Origin: Planctomycetota bacterium
GTDB taxonomy: Bacteria > Planctomycetota > UBA1135 > UBA2386
DNA: 64,000 nucleotides
Assembly: GCA_014192625.1 (NCBI GenBank)
Contig: BJHM01000008.1
Location: forward strand, 66,944 to 130,943
Reading direction: 5' to 3'
This document shows positions 1 to 10,200 of this stretch, in pieces (the first letter of the stretch is position 1; every line of letters begins with the position of its first letter). The notes beneath the pieces are model-generated. The model made no database searches. It was not told the origin of the DNA and worked only from the letters and a program-made list of their open reading frames with translations. The position numbers and the translations under genes were made by a program.

Positions 1-10
1 TGGCACCACC

Positions 11-478
11 GTGGCACCGCTGATGGTGGCGAGCGGCCACGTTCATGTGTTGCTGTTTGTCACACCTGATTGCCCGATTGCCAACAGTTATGCGCCGTTG
101 ATCAGTGCACTTCTGCGACAGGTTGCTGGCACTTTCGTGCAGGTATATCTCGTCTACGTCGATCCCGACCTCACCGCAGCGCAAGCAAACCAGCATGCAC
201 GCGAATATGAGCTCGATCTGCCGCTGTTGCTCGACCGCGAGCAACGCGTTGCCACGGCACTTGGCGTAAAAATCACCCCGTCGGCGGCCGTGCTCACGGC
301 ATTTGGGCTGCAATACATTGGCCGCATCGACGATCGCTGGCGCAAGCTTGGTGTCGACGGACAGGTTGCCGAGCACAACGATCTGTTGGACGCAATCAAC
401 GCAGTGCAAACCGGCAAGCCAGTATTAGAGGCGCGCACCATCGCCGTCGGTTGCCGCCTGCCGCAACGGCTGCCCTGA
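11..478 (+). CDS. thioredoxin-fold (redoxin/TlpA-like) protein; N-terminus may lie left of the window
   Basis: The frame stays open back to base 2, so the start at 11 is provisional. The layout looks like a thioredoxin fold: strand VHVLLFV, then TPDCPIAN where a CxxC site would sit, later GVKITPSAAVL and YIGRIDD. Motif-level recognition only. Confidence 0.5.
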   Translation: MAPLMVASGHVHVLLFVTPDCPIANSYAPLISALLRQVAGTFVQVYLVYVDPDLTAAQANQHAREYELDLPLLLDREQRVATALGVKITPSAAVLTAFGLQYIGRIDDRWRKLGVDGQVAEHNDLLDAINAVQTGKPVLEARTIAVGCRLPQRLP

Positions 479-517
479 GCCTTTCCAAGCTGCGCGCCGT
501 CGCTACCGTTCTACCGC

Positions 518-1453
518 TTGCAACTGCGCCCCCTAGGCTCCACTGGTCTCCGCGTCTCGGCCTTAGGCCTTGGTGCCGCTAGTCTCGGCGGCATTTACGG
601 CGACTATGACGAAGCACAAGGCATCGCCACAGTCCACCGCGCGTTCGATCTCGGCATCAACGTCTTTGACTCGTCCCCTTACTATGGCAATTGGCGCGCC
701 GAGACGATGCTCGGCAAGGCGCTGCAAGGCCTGCCGCGCGATCGCTACGTGCTGATGACGAAATGCGGCCGCTACGGTGCCGACGCGTTTGACTTCTCAC
801 CAAAACGCCTGCAGCAGAGCCTCGATGAGAGCCTGCGCCTTTTGCAGCAAGATCATGTCGACGTGTTGCAGCTGCACGATGTCGAGTTTGGCGATCTCGA
901 TGCAATCCTCTGCGACAGCGTGCCTGCGCTGCAGGCGATGAAGGCTTCAGGCAAGGTCCGATTTATCGGCATCACCGGCCTGCCGCTGCGCAACTTTCGC
1001 CGCGCACTCGAACTCAACGCGCAACTCGACACCATATTGTCGTATTGCCACGCCACGCTCTTCGACAACACGCTGATCGAACTCCTGCCAACGCTTGCGA
1101 CGCGCGGGATCGGCGTCCTGAACGCATCCCCGACCGGCATGGGCTTGTTGAGCAAACACGGCGCGCCGGCGTGGCACCCAGCTCCCGATGCGATCCAGAA
1201 GCTCTGCCGCAAAGCTGCTGCCCACTGTCAAAGTCACGGCACCGAACTCGCAGAACTAGCGGTGCAGTTCAGCTGCGCATTGCCCGGCGTCGCAACCACG
1301 CTTTGTGGCACCACCTCGCCGCGCGAAGTTGAAGCCAACATCGCCGCCATCGCGCGACCGATCGACGCAACGCTGCTCGGCGAAGTACGCACGATGCTGC
1401 TGCCGATCAAAAATCGCACTTGGCAACAAGGCCGTCCGGAGAACAACCTATGA
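518..1453 (+). CDS. aldo/keto reductase (L-fucose / D-threo-aldose 1-dehydrogenase-like)
   Basis: 311-aa ORF with AKR-type motifs LGSTGLRVSALGLGAASLGG, FDSSPYYG and LMTKCGR. Its stop TGA 1451-1453 overlaps the next ATG at 1450. TTG start taken from the ORF track. Confidence 0.85.
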   Translation: MQLRPLGSTGLRVSALGLGAASLGGIYGDYDEAQGIATVHRAFDLGINVFDSSPYYGNWRAETMLGKALQGLPRDRYVLMTKCGRYGADAFDFSPKRLQQSLDESLRLLQQDHVDVLQLHDVEFGDLDAILCDSVPALQAMKASGKVRFIGITGLPLRNFRRALELNAQLDTILSYCHATLFDNTLIELLPTLATRGIGVLNASPTGMGLLSKHGAPAWHPAPDAIQKLCRKAAAHCQSHGTELAELAVQFSCALPGVATTLCGTTSPREVEANIAAIARPIDATLLGEVRTMLLPIKNRTWQQGRPENNL

Positions 1454-2238
1454 CCCTGCCAATGCAGCCGCCGTTTCGTCTCGATGGCAAAGTTGCCGCA
1501 ATCACCGGCGCAGGTTCCGGTATTGGTGCCGCCATTGCATGCCGGTTTGCGCAACAGGGTGCCGCCATCGCGGTGCTTGAGATCGATGCGGCAGCAAGCA
1601 CCGCGATCGTGCAAGAACTGCGTGCGAGCGGCGCTGATGCAGAAGCCTTCGTCTGCGACGTGACCAGCGCAGCTGCGGTCGAGAGCACCTTCGCCGCAGT
1701 GCAACAGCGCTTTGGCAAACTCAACCTGTTGGTCAACAACGCTGGCATCGGCCATGTCGGCAACTGCGAAGCGACCGGCGAAAGCGACTTCGATCGAATG
1801 TTCTCGGTCAACGTGAAGGGCGTCTACCTCTGCACTCGCGCCGCATTGCCGCTGCTGAAAGTTACCAAGGGCACGATCTGCAACCTCGCCTCGATTGCGA
1901 GCCTGATCGGGGTCGCCGATCGCTTCGCATATTCGATGACGAAAGGGGCCGTGCTGACAATGACGAAGTCGATCGCCATCGACTACCTTGTTCACGGCAT
2001 TCGCTGCAACTGCGTTTGTCCCGCTCGTATCCACACGCCCTTCGTCGATGGCTACCTAGCAAAAAACTACCCCGGCAAGGAAGCTCTGATGTTTGCGAAC
2101 TTGGCCGCATGGCAACCGATGGGCCGCATGGGCTCGCCGCAAGAAGTAGCGGACCTCGTGCTGTTTTTGTGCAGTGATGAAGCTGCATTCATCACTGGTC
2201 AAGCGGTGCCGCTCGACGGCGGAAAACTGGTGTTTTGA
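1450..2238 (+). CDS. short-chain dehydrogenase/reductase (2-keto-3-deoxy-L-fuconate/rhamnonate dehydrogenase-like)
   Basis: Rossmann motif TGAGSGIGAA, NNAGI, catalytic YSMTKGA (YxxxK). ATG 1450 forms an ATGA overlap with the upstream stop. Confidence 0.85.
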   Translation: MTLPMQPPFRLDGKVAAITGAGSGIGAAIACRFAQQGAAIAVLEIDAAASTAIVQELRASGADAEAFVCDVTSAAAVESTFAAVQQRFGKLNLLVNNAGIGHVGNCEATGESDFDRMFSVNVKGVYLCTRAALPLLKVTKGTICNLASIASLIGVADRFAYSMTKGAVLTMTKSIAIDYLVHGIRCNCVCPARIHTPFVDGYLAKNYPGKEALMFANLAAWQPMGRMGSPQEVADLVLFLCSDEAAFITGQAVPLDGGKLVF

Positions 2239-2264
2239 TCCATGACCTGCAGGAGACTTTCCGC

Positions 2265-3134
2265 GTGAACGAACTGCGCCTGTTCCGTTTCGGCCCCATC
2301 GACCAAGAACGACCCGCCGTGGAATATCGAGGCGCACGGCTCGACTGTTCCTTGTTTGGCGAGGACTGGGGCCCGTCCTTCTTCGGCCGCGATGGCCTGT
2401 CTCGACTGGCCACCTTTCTTGCTCACAACTACGAGCGCTTGCCAAAGGTCGCCGAAAATGCGCGACTCGCCGCCTGCGTCGCGCGCCCACACAAGCTGAT
2501 TTGCATCGGCCTTAACTACCGGGACCACGCCCGCGAAACGAAAGCCCAGTTGCCGACCGAGCCGGTGGTGTTCTTCAAATCCACCTCTGCGATCTGCGGT
2601 CCCAACGATGACCTCATCATCCCGCGTGACTCGCAAAAGACCGACTGGGAAGTGGAGCTCCTCGTCGTGATCGGCCGGAAGTGCCAATCCCTTGAACCTG
2701 ACCAAGCACTCGCCCACGTTGCTGGCTACGCACTCCACAATGACTACAGCGAACGACACTGGCAGCTCGAACGCGGTGGCCAGTGGGTAAAGGGCAAGAG
2801 CTTCGACACGTTTGCGCCGATCGGCCCGGTGTTTGTGCAAAAGGAGCTGGTCCCAGACCCGCAAAACCTGAACCTCTGGCTCAAAGTCAACGGCGTCACA
2901 AGGCAGCAGAGCAATACGAATGAGATGGTGTTTTCAGTGGCGCAGATCGTTGCCTACCTGAGCCAATGCATGACACTCGAACCCGGCGATTGCATCAGCA
3001 CGGGCACGCCGGCTGGTGTTGGCCTTGGCTGCATTCCGCCTGAATATCTAAAAGTCGGCGACCGCATCGAACTTGGCATCGAAGGACTTGGTGCGCAGAG
3101 CCAACGCGCCATCGCCAGTTTGGGCCAGCGATGA
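2265..3134 (+). CDS. fumarylacetoacetate hydrolase (FAH) family protein (2,4-diketo-3-deoxy-L-fuconate hydrolase-like)
   Basis: FAH-type motifs GLNYRDHA, PVVFFK, DWEVELLVVIG, GDCISTGTPAGVG. GTG 2265 is preceded by AGGAG at 2251-2255. The ORF-track TTG at 2235 is an alternative start. Confidence 0.85.
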   Translation: MNELRLFRFGPIDQERPAVEYRGARLDCSLFGEDWGPSFFGRDGLSRLATFLAHNYERLPKVAENARLAACVARPHKLICIGLNYRDHARETKAQLPTEPVVFFKSTSAICGPNDDLIIPRDSQKTDWEVELLVVIGRKCQSLEPDQALAHVAGYALHNDYSERHWQLERGGQWVKGKSFDTFAPIGPVFVQKELVPDPQNLNLWLKVNGVTRQQSNTNEMVFSVAQIVAYLSQCMTLEPGDCISTGTPAGVGLGCIPPEYLKVGDRIELGIEGLGAQSQRAIASLGQR

Positions 3135-3460
3135 TGCGCTTTGGCCAGCGACTCGGCGTGCTTCCAGAGCGGCTCGCTGAGTATGTCCGGTATCACGTTC
3201 GCATCTGGCCCGAGATCGAAGCCGCGATCGCCTCGGCGGGGATTCGCAACTACTCGATCTACCACTTAGCAGGCGAGCTGTTTAGCTACTACGAATACAT
3301 CGGCCCGCCAACTGAGTATGCCGCGCGAATGGCGACCCTCGCCGATGCGCCACGAATGCGCGAATGGTGGGACATCATGATGGCGATGCAGGTGCCGCAT
3401 CCTTTGCGCCAGCAAGGCCAGTGGTGGGCACAGATGGACGAAGTCTTCCACCAGGACTGA
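3131..3460 (+). CDS. L-rhamnose mutarotase (RhaM) family protein
   Basis: 109 aa, with YHVRIWPEIEAAIASAGIRNYSIY and MREWWDIM resembling the RhaM family. ATGA overlap with the FAH gene stop at 3131-3134. Confidence 0.7.
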   Translation: MMRFGQRLGVLPERLAEYVRYHVRIWPEIEAAIASAGIRNYSIYHLAGELFSYYEYIGPPTEYAARMATLADAPRMREWWDIMMAMQVPHPLRQQGQWWAQMDEVFHQD

Positions 3461-3498
3461 CCCAAGCGAGGAGCAACCGGCGCAAAAGCTGGAGCTCC

Positions 3499-4548
3499 TC
3501 AGTTCGGGAGCGGCAACCGCGCAGCCTGACGGAAGGAAACCATCTGCTGGCTGCCCTCATCCCAGAGCTTCAGCCGCAGCGAAGCCAGAATGTCGCGGAA
3601 GCCAAGCGTGGTGACTACCGGAGCCTGCAACTCGAACACCGCAGCCATTGCCTCGGGCAAACGGTAGAACGGCACCGCCGGGTTCAGGTGATGCACGTGG
3701 TGGTAGCCGATGTTGCCGGTGAACCAGTGCATGATCGCTGGCAGCTTCATGTAGCTGGACGATTGCAACGCGCCAACGTCTGGCGTCCAGACTGCGTCAT
3801 CAATCATCTTCAAGCCGGGCGTGTTGTGCTGTGCGTAGAACAAGTAGGCCCCGACCAAGGCGGCCAACGCTTCTGGCAGCAACACGGAACAGCAGAGCAC
3901 TTGCCAGCCGAACAACATTCCGACGCTGGTCATCAGCGCGGCTTGGAACAAGACCACCAGCAGCGAATCCCAGTAACGACGTGGCTCACGAATGAAACTG
4001 CCGAGGCACACCGACCACAGAAACACCGTCGCCGAGGCCATCATGATGACCAACGGACTGCGCACCATTCGATATCCCACCCGTTGCAACAAAGTGGCCT
4101 TCTGCCACTGAGCCACCGTCAGCATCGGGAATGAGCCGACCGAACTTGCTTCGAGTTGACCGACATGCGCGTGATGGAAATTGTGGCTGTAGCGCCACGA
4201 ACGTGGCGGCACCATCACCATCGCGCCAACGAAGTAGAGGATGCCACGCGCCATCAGCGAGCCCTGCAGGATCGCGCCGTGCATGTAGTCATGGAACAAA
4301 ATGAACGCGCGCACCATCAGGAGTGCTGCGAACGGGACCACGATTGCCTGCAGCGGCCACCACGGCAAAGCGCCGGCAGCCACTTGCGCCGAGAGCATCA
4401 GGCCCACGGTGGACAGCAGCGAATACCAGCTACGCGCCCGGTTTTCTTTTACGAACGGTAGCGTGGCACGCAACAGTTCGCGGCCGCGACGATCGATCGA
4501 GGGCTTCACAACTGCAGCAGAGGGCTTGTTTTGGGTTGCATCCATCAT
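3499..4548 (-). CDS. membrane fatty acid desaturase family protein
   Basis: Three histidine boxes (HDYMHG, HNFHHAH, HHVHHL) spaced by hydrophobic helices. Opposite strand to the surrounding sugar-pathway genes. Confidence 0.85.
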   Translation of the reverse strand: MMDATQNKPSAAVVKPSIDRRGRELLRATLPFVKENRARSWYSLLSTVGLMLSAQVAAGALPWWPLQAIVVPFAALLMVRAFILFHDYMHGAILQGSLMARGILYFVGAMVMVPPRSWRYSHNFHHAHVGQLEASSVGSFPMLTVAQWQKATLLQRVGYRMVRSPLVIMMASATVFLWSVCLGSFIREPRRYWDSLLVVLFQAALMTSVGMLFGWQVLCCSVLLPEALAALVGAYLFYAQHNTPGLKMIDDAVWTPDVGALQSSSYMKLPAIMHWFTGNIGYHHVHHLNPAVPFYRLPEAMAAVFELQAPVVTTLGFRDILASLRLKLWDEGSQQMVSFRQAARLPLPN

Positions 4549-4797
4549 TCAGATTCCACGGCCGACTGAAGCGAGGTTCAAGCCTCCAAAAGTTGGGCCA
4601 TCCAGCGGGGTTTTCGGCGGTAACTATCGCATGAAAGGGGGGCGCAGACCAGCACGCTTTGCCCGTATCTGCATCGACTTCTGAATGCCGCCTGCTTGAC
4701 TGCGGCGGGCCAGATCTGGCTTTGCCAACCGGCGGCCGCAAAGCCTTTGGATCGAGTCCTTGCGACCAAGGCCTGCTGCGGTTCCTGTTCTCGTGCC

Positions 4798-5895
4798 ATG
4801 CGAATCAAAAAGGTCGACACGATCCTGCTGCGGGTACCTCTGCAACAGCGAACCATCACGGACAGTCAAAGCACTGTCACCCACGTTGAGTTCTTGCAGG
4901 TCATCTTGCACACCGACACGAACCTCACCGGCTACGGCATGAACTGGAGCTATACGCCCGGTCTCAAAGCGGCACAGGTGATGGTGCAGGAAAACTACGC
5001 ACCATTGCTGATCGGAGCGGATCCGGCAATGCGCAAGGCGATCGTGCGCGATTGCTTCTTCAGCAACCACTTCATCGGCCGCGTGGGTGCGGCCCGCGTC
5101 GGCATCGCTTCGGTCGAATACGCATTGTGGGATCTCACCTGCAAGCAGGCCAACCAACCGCTGTGGCGCTACCTCGGGGCCTGCCGCGACAAGGTCAAGG
5201 CCTACAGCACGGATGGCGGCTGGCTGTCGTGGAGTCAAGACGACCTGTTGCGCGACTGCCATCGGCTGATCGAGCGCGGCTTTGACGCGGTAAAGATCAA
5301 GCTCGGCCGACAAGACCCGCGCGAAGATCTGCACCGCATCGCCGCGGTGCGCAAATCGATCGGCGACAAGATCGACATCATGACCGATGCCAACTGCGCT
5401 TGGACGCTGGCCACGGCCAAGCAATACGGCAGCCGCTTGCACGACTACGACGTACGCTGGCTGGAAGAGCCAATGAAGCCCGAGGACGTGCGAATGCATG
5501 CAGAACTCGCGCACGCAATAAAGACCCCGATTGCCGTTGGCGAAACGATCTTCACGCGCGAGGCCTTCCGCGACTACATCGCCGCTGGTGCTGTGCACTA
5601 TGTGCAGGCCGACTCGACCAAGTTGCTCGGCATCGACGAGTGGCTCGAAGTAGCGGCTCTTGCCGCCAGCTACAACTTGCCGGTGATCCCGCACACCAAT
5701 GTGCAGCACAAACTGCACGTGCAACTCGCCGCCGCGACCCCCAACTGCATCATGGTCGAAAGCTGCTACGAGTCGATCAACGAGATCTGGGAAGAGCCGA
5801 TCTACGTGACGAACGGCTTCTACAACCTGCCGCAGGAACCTGGCGTTGGCCTGCGCCTCCGCGACGCGGTGGTGGAAGCCCACCGCATCGCATAG
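4798..5895 (+). CDS. enolase-superfamily (mandelate racemase/muconate lactonizing) sugar-acid dehydratase, L-fuconate dehydratase-like
   Basis: Motifs VKIKLG, DANCAW, WLEEP and GE are typical of the MR subgroup. ATG 4798 (MRIKKVDTILLRVPL) is preferred over the ORF-track start at 4696. Confidence 0.8.
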   Translation: MRIKKVDTILLRVPLQQRTITDSQSTVTHVEFLQVILHTDTNLTGYGMNWSYTPGLKAAQVMVQENYAPLLIGADPAMRKAIVRDCFFSNHFIGRVGAARVGIASVEYALWDLTCKQANQPLWRYLGACRDKVKAYSTDGGWLSWSQDDLLRDCHRLIERGFDAVKIKLGRQDPREDLHRIAAVRKSIGDKIDIMTDANCAWTLATAKQYGSRLHDYDVRWLEEPMKPEDVRMHAELAHAIKTPIAVGETIFTREAFRDYIAAGAVHYVQADSTKLLGIDEWLEVAALAASYNLPVIPHTNVQHKLHVQLAAATPNCIMVESCYESINEIWEEPIYVTNGFYNLPQEPGVGLRLRDAVVEAHRIA

Positions 5896-5904
5896 CGCAA
5901 AGTG

Positions 5905-6762
5905 ATGAGCGTCCCGCGCATTGACTGCCACCAGCACTTCTGGCACTACGAGCCATCGCTGTTTGCGTGGATCGACGAACCGATGGCGGTCATCAGGCGC
6001 GACTTTCTGCCTTCGGATCTCGCACCCGAACTTCAGCGCGCGTCGATCGATGGCTGCATCGCCGTGCAGGCCCCGCAGTCGCTCGCAGAGACCCGATTTT
6101 TGCTTTCGTGTGCGCACCAAAACCCCTTCGTGCGCGGCGTCGTTGGCTATGTCGACCTGCGCTCCAAAGAGCTTGGCGAGCAACTGCGGGAGTTCACCAA
6201 GGACCCCCACTTTATCGGCGTCCGCCACATTGCGCAGGCCGAACCCGATCCGCGCTTTCTCATGCAGCCGGACATGCTGCGCGGCATTGCCCTGCTGCAG
6301 TCGTTCGATCTGGCCTACGACCTGCTGGTCTATAAGAACCAATTGCCCGCAGCGATTGAGTTGTGCGCGCGGTTGCCAGGGCAGCGCTTCGTGCTCGACC
6401 ATCTGGCGAAGCCCGGCATCGCCCGCAATGAGTGGCAACCATGGGCAGATCAAATCGCCATGCTCGCAGCTCTGCCCAACGTTGCCGCCAAGCTGTCTGG
6501 CATGGTGACGGAGGCGGACTTTCGCACTTGGTCGCCGGCGCAACTGAAGCCCTATGTCGACCACGCCCTTTGCCACTTTGGCCCCGAACGCTTGATGTTT
6601 GGCAGTGATTGGCCCGTCTGTCTGGTCGCTAGTTCCTACCAACGCTGGGTCGACACTTTGGCATCGCTGCTCGCACATTTGAGCGCCGCCCAACGGGAGC
6701 AAATCTTTGGCGGCAACGCACAGCGGTGGTATCGGCTGCCAGCCAAAAGCTCGCCGCGATAG
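5905..6762 (+). CDS. amidohydrolase-2 family lactonase (L-fucono-1,5-lactonase-like)
   Basis: N-terminal IDCHQHFW metal-binding motif and C-terminal FGSDWPV. The start is ATG 5905 or GTG 5902, 7-10 nt after the upstream stop. Confidence 0.8.
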   Translation: MSVPRIDCHQHFWHYEPSLFAWIDEPMAVIRRDFLPSDLAPELQRASIDGCIAVQAPQSLAETRFLLSCAHQNPFVRGVVGYVDLRSKELGEQLREFTKDPHFIGVRHIAQAEPDPRFLMQPDMLRGIALLQSFDLAYDLLVYKNQLPAAIELCARLPGQRFVLDHLAKPGIARNEWQPWADQIAMLAALPNVAAKLSGMVTEADFRTWSPAQLKPYVDHALCHFGPERLMFGSDWPVCLVASSYQRWVDTLASLLAHLSAAQREQIFGGNAQRWYRLPAKSSPR

Positions 6763-7180
6763 CCAGCCAATCTGCGCGCTTTTCTCGACCAAACCTGAGC
6801 AATAAAAATTGCTCGGCAACCTTTGCGAAACTGTGCCGAACGATCCTGGGGGCGGTGTCCTACCTGCCGATAAAAAAATCATAGCCTTTGGGGTTGCGAC
6901 CCTCCTTCGCACACCATAGATAGTCGTTCTCTCGGTAGTGACCGTGGGGCGCAAAACTTCACAAGTCACTGGCGAGACCGGCAAAGAGTGAACAACTCGA
7001 TGCCTGAAATGCGCCTGCAAAAGGGCTTTCATGTCGTGCCTGCTTCCATGACCCGGTCAGGTCTTGCGAATGTCAGGTTTTGGAAGGAACAGTCAGTAGC
7101 AGTCTACGGTCAAGACGTGCGCAGGTTTTCGCAGCGCCATTAGTGGGTGCTGCGTGGTCTTTGCACGGCATCAACGGCAG

Positions 7181-7201
7181 TTGCGAACGAAACTTTCGCA
7201 A
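7181..7201 (+). promoter_or_regulatory. stem-loop in the nrdJ 5' leader (7-bp stem TTGCGAA/TTCGCAA, 7-nt loop)
   Basis: Perfect inverted repeat read directly from the sequence, about 40 nt upstream of the nrdJ start and just before the GAGGAGGAG Shine-Dalgarno-like run at 7226-7234. Confidence 0.3.
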
Positions 7202-7240
7202 CGCGCCAAATCGGTCAGGACAAGTGAGGAGGAGCCAGCT

Positions 7241-10200
7241 GTGAAGATCCAACGTCGATTCACGAGCGCCAGCAAGTCGCCCTACGAGGGCATCCCGTTC
7301 AACAAACGCAACAGCGAGATCAAGAACCCAAACGGTTCGTTGGTTTTCGAGGCGCGTGACATCGAAGTGCCGGCGCACTGGAGTCAGGTCGCCGTCGACA
7401 TTCTCGCGCAGAAGTATTTCCGCAAGGCCGGCGTGCCGGTCCAGGAGATCCTCGCTGACGGCACCCGCAAAACGCAGCTCGACGAAAATTCCAACCCCGT
7501 GCTTGGCGGCGAGCGCGACGCGCGTCAGGTTTTTTCACGCCTCGCTGGCTGTTGGCGTACTTGGGGTGAACAGCATGGCTACTTTGATGCGGTTACAGAC
7601 GCACAGGCGTTCGAAGACGAACTCAGCCACATGCTCGCCGCGCAGCATGCTGCGCCCAACTCGCCGCAGTGGTTCAACACCGGCCTGCACCACTCCTACG
7701 GCATCACGGGCCCCTCGCAAGGGCACTGGTTTGTCGATCCACAGACCGGCAAGCTGAACAAGAGCCGCAATGCCTACGAGCGGCCGCAGCCACATGCCTG
7801 CTTTATCCAGTCCGTCAGCGACGACCTCGTAAACGAGGGCGGCATCATGGACCTGTGGACCCGCGAAGCCCGCCTGTTCAAATATGGCTCGGGCACCGGC
7901 ACCAACTTTTCCCTGCTGCGCGGCGACAACGAGACGCTGTCGGGCGGCGGCCGTAGTTCCGGCCTCATGAGTTTCCTGCGCATCGGCGACCGCGCGGCAG
8001 GCGCGATCAAGTCGGGCGGCACCACACGCCGCGCCGCCAAGATGGTGTGCCTCGATCTGGACCACCCAGACATCGAGGCGTTCGTCTCGTGGAAGGTAGT
8101 CGAGGAACAAAAAGTTGCGGCGCTGGTCGCCGGCAGCAAACACATCCGTCAGCACATTTCTACGATCCTCGCCACTTGCAAGGTGACCGACGCGAATGGC
8201 GAATCGCGAATCGTCACTGCGCCACGTGAGAATGCAGCCCTACTGCACGCATTGACCGAAGCTCGCAACGCCAACGTCCCCGAGAACTACCTGTTCCGCG
8301 CGCTGCAATTGGCTCAGCAAGGCAACCTCAACATCGAGATGCCGGAGTTTGACACCGACTGGGACGGCGAGGCATACAGCACGGTCTCGGGCCAGAACTC
8401 GAACAACTCGGTACGCATCCCAAATGAGTTCTTCCGCGCCATTGACGAGAGCGGCAAGTGGCGACTGATTCGGCGCACCAACGGCACGGTCGCCAAAGAA
8501 CTTGAAGCCACGGACCTGTGGGACCGGATCGCCTATGCCGCTTGGGCTTGTGCAGATCCGGGTGTCCAATACGACACCACGATCAACGAGTGGCACACCT
8601 GTCCTGAGGACGGTCGCATCAATGCGAGCAACCCGTGCTCGGAATACATGTTCCTCGATGACACGGCCTGCAACCTGGCATCGATCAACCTTGTCAAGTT
8701 TCACAACGCCGACGGCAGCTTTGACATCGACGCCTTCAGGCACGCCACCCGGTTGTGGACCGTGGTGCTCGAAATCAGCGTGCTGATGGCGAGTTTCCCA
8801 AGCCAGGCAATCGCCAAGAAGAGCTACGAGTTCCGCACCCTCGGACTCGGCTTTGCAAACCTCGGCACCTTGCTGATGCGCTCGGGCATTCCGTATGCCT
8901 CGCCAAAGGCCTACGCCATCGCTGCTGCGATCAGCGCGATTCTGTGTGGCGAGTCGTATGCCACCTCAGCGGAGATGTCGAAGGAGCTTGGACCGTTCCC
9001 TGGTTTTGAGAAGAACCGCGAATCAATGCTGCGGGTCATGCGCAACCACCGCCGCGCCGCCTACTGCGCCAGCGCGACTGAATACGAGGGCCTCAGCATC
9101 ACGCCAACCGGGATCGACGCGCAGCAATGCCCCAAGGACTTGCTGGAGTCAGCTCGCAGCGCGTGGGACCGCGCGCTCACGCTCGGCGAGCAATACGGCT
9201 ATCGCAATGCCCAGACGACCGTCATCGCGCCGACCGGCACGATCGGCCTCTTGATGGACTGCGATACGACCGGTGTTGAGCCCGACTTTGCGCTCGTGAA
9301 GTTCAAGAAGCTGGCCGGCGGCGGCTACTTCAAGATCGTCAACCAAAGTCTGCCTTCCGCACTAAAGAAGCTAGGTTACTCACCGGCCCAGATTGACGGC
9401 ATCGTCAGCTACGTGATCGGCCGCAAAACGCTCGCTGGCGCGCCAAGTATCAACCACGAAACGCTTGGCAAGAAGGGCTTCGACGATGCCGCATTGCAAC
9501 GTGTCGAAGAATCACTGAAGGGTGCCTTCGAACTGGCCTACGCGTTCAACAAGCACGTGCTCGGCGAGAGTTTCCTGCGCGACCGCCTCTTGCTCACCGA
9601 CGCGCAGATCAACGACTGGAACTTCGACTTGCTGAAGCACCTCGGGTTCCTAAAGAGCGATGTCCAAGCCGCCAGCGACTACGTCTGCGGCACGATGACG
9701 ATCGAAGGTGCGCCACAGCTAAAGGACGCGCACCTGCCGGTCTTTGACTGCGCCAATCGCTGTGGCCGCATCGGCAAGCGCTACATCCCGTTCCCAGCGC
9801 ACATCCACATGATGGCCGCGGTCCAGCCGTTTATCAGCGGTGCGATCAGCAAGACCATCAACATGCCAAATGATGCCTCGATCGACGACGCCAAACAGGC
9901 CTACCGACTGGGCTGGACGTCAATGCTGAAGGCCGTCGCGCTCTACCGCGACGGCAGCAAGTTGAGCCAGCCACTTGGCACCAGCATGATCGAACTCGAC
10001 AGCGCCACGCCAGCAGCGACGGTGCAAACCCAAGCGATTGCGCAGCGCATCACCGAGCGCGTGGTGCACCGGTATCTCGCCAAGCGCCGCAGGCTGCCCA
10101 ACCGCCGCGCCGGCTACACCCAGAAAGCGGTCGTCGGCGGCCACAAGATCTACCTGCGCACCGGTGAGTACGAAGATGGCACGCTCGGCGAGGTGTTCCT

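Noticed and set aside
3364-4134. 256-aa plus-strand ORF overlapping the desaturase
   Set aside because: The opposite-strand ORF carries all three desaturase histidine boxes. This ORF is His/Arg/Gln-rich with no motifs.
6911-6926. NrdR box called as a feature
   Set aside because: It is a single 12/16 match with no tandem partner at the usual spacing. I kept it only as a weak note inside the nrdJ-leader finding.
4624-7032. 802-aa ORF on the minus strand spanning the dehydratase and lactonase genes
   Set aside because: It is antisense to two ORFs with clear enzyme motifs. Its translation is Arg/Ala/Gly/Val-rich low-information sequence with no motifs. This is a typical shadow ORF of high-GC3 coding DNA.
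7100-7240. Possible cobalamin riboswitch upstream of nrdJ (GTCACTGG, GGTCAGGAC fragments)
   Set aside because: Only short fragments resemble the B12 box or the GCCACTG core, and the conserved GGGAA / CCGGTG..AATCCGG elements are missing. A B12-OFF switch on a B12-dependent enzyme also makes little regulatory sense. It needs a covariance-model scan to exclude formally.
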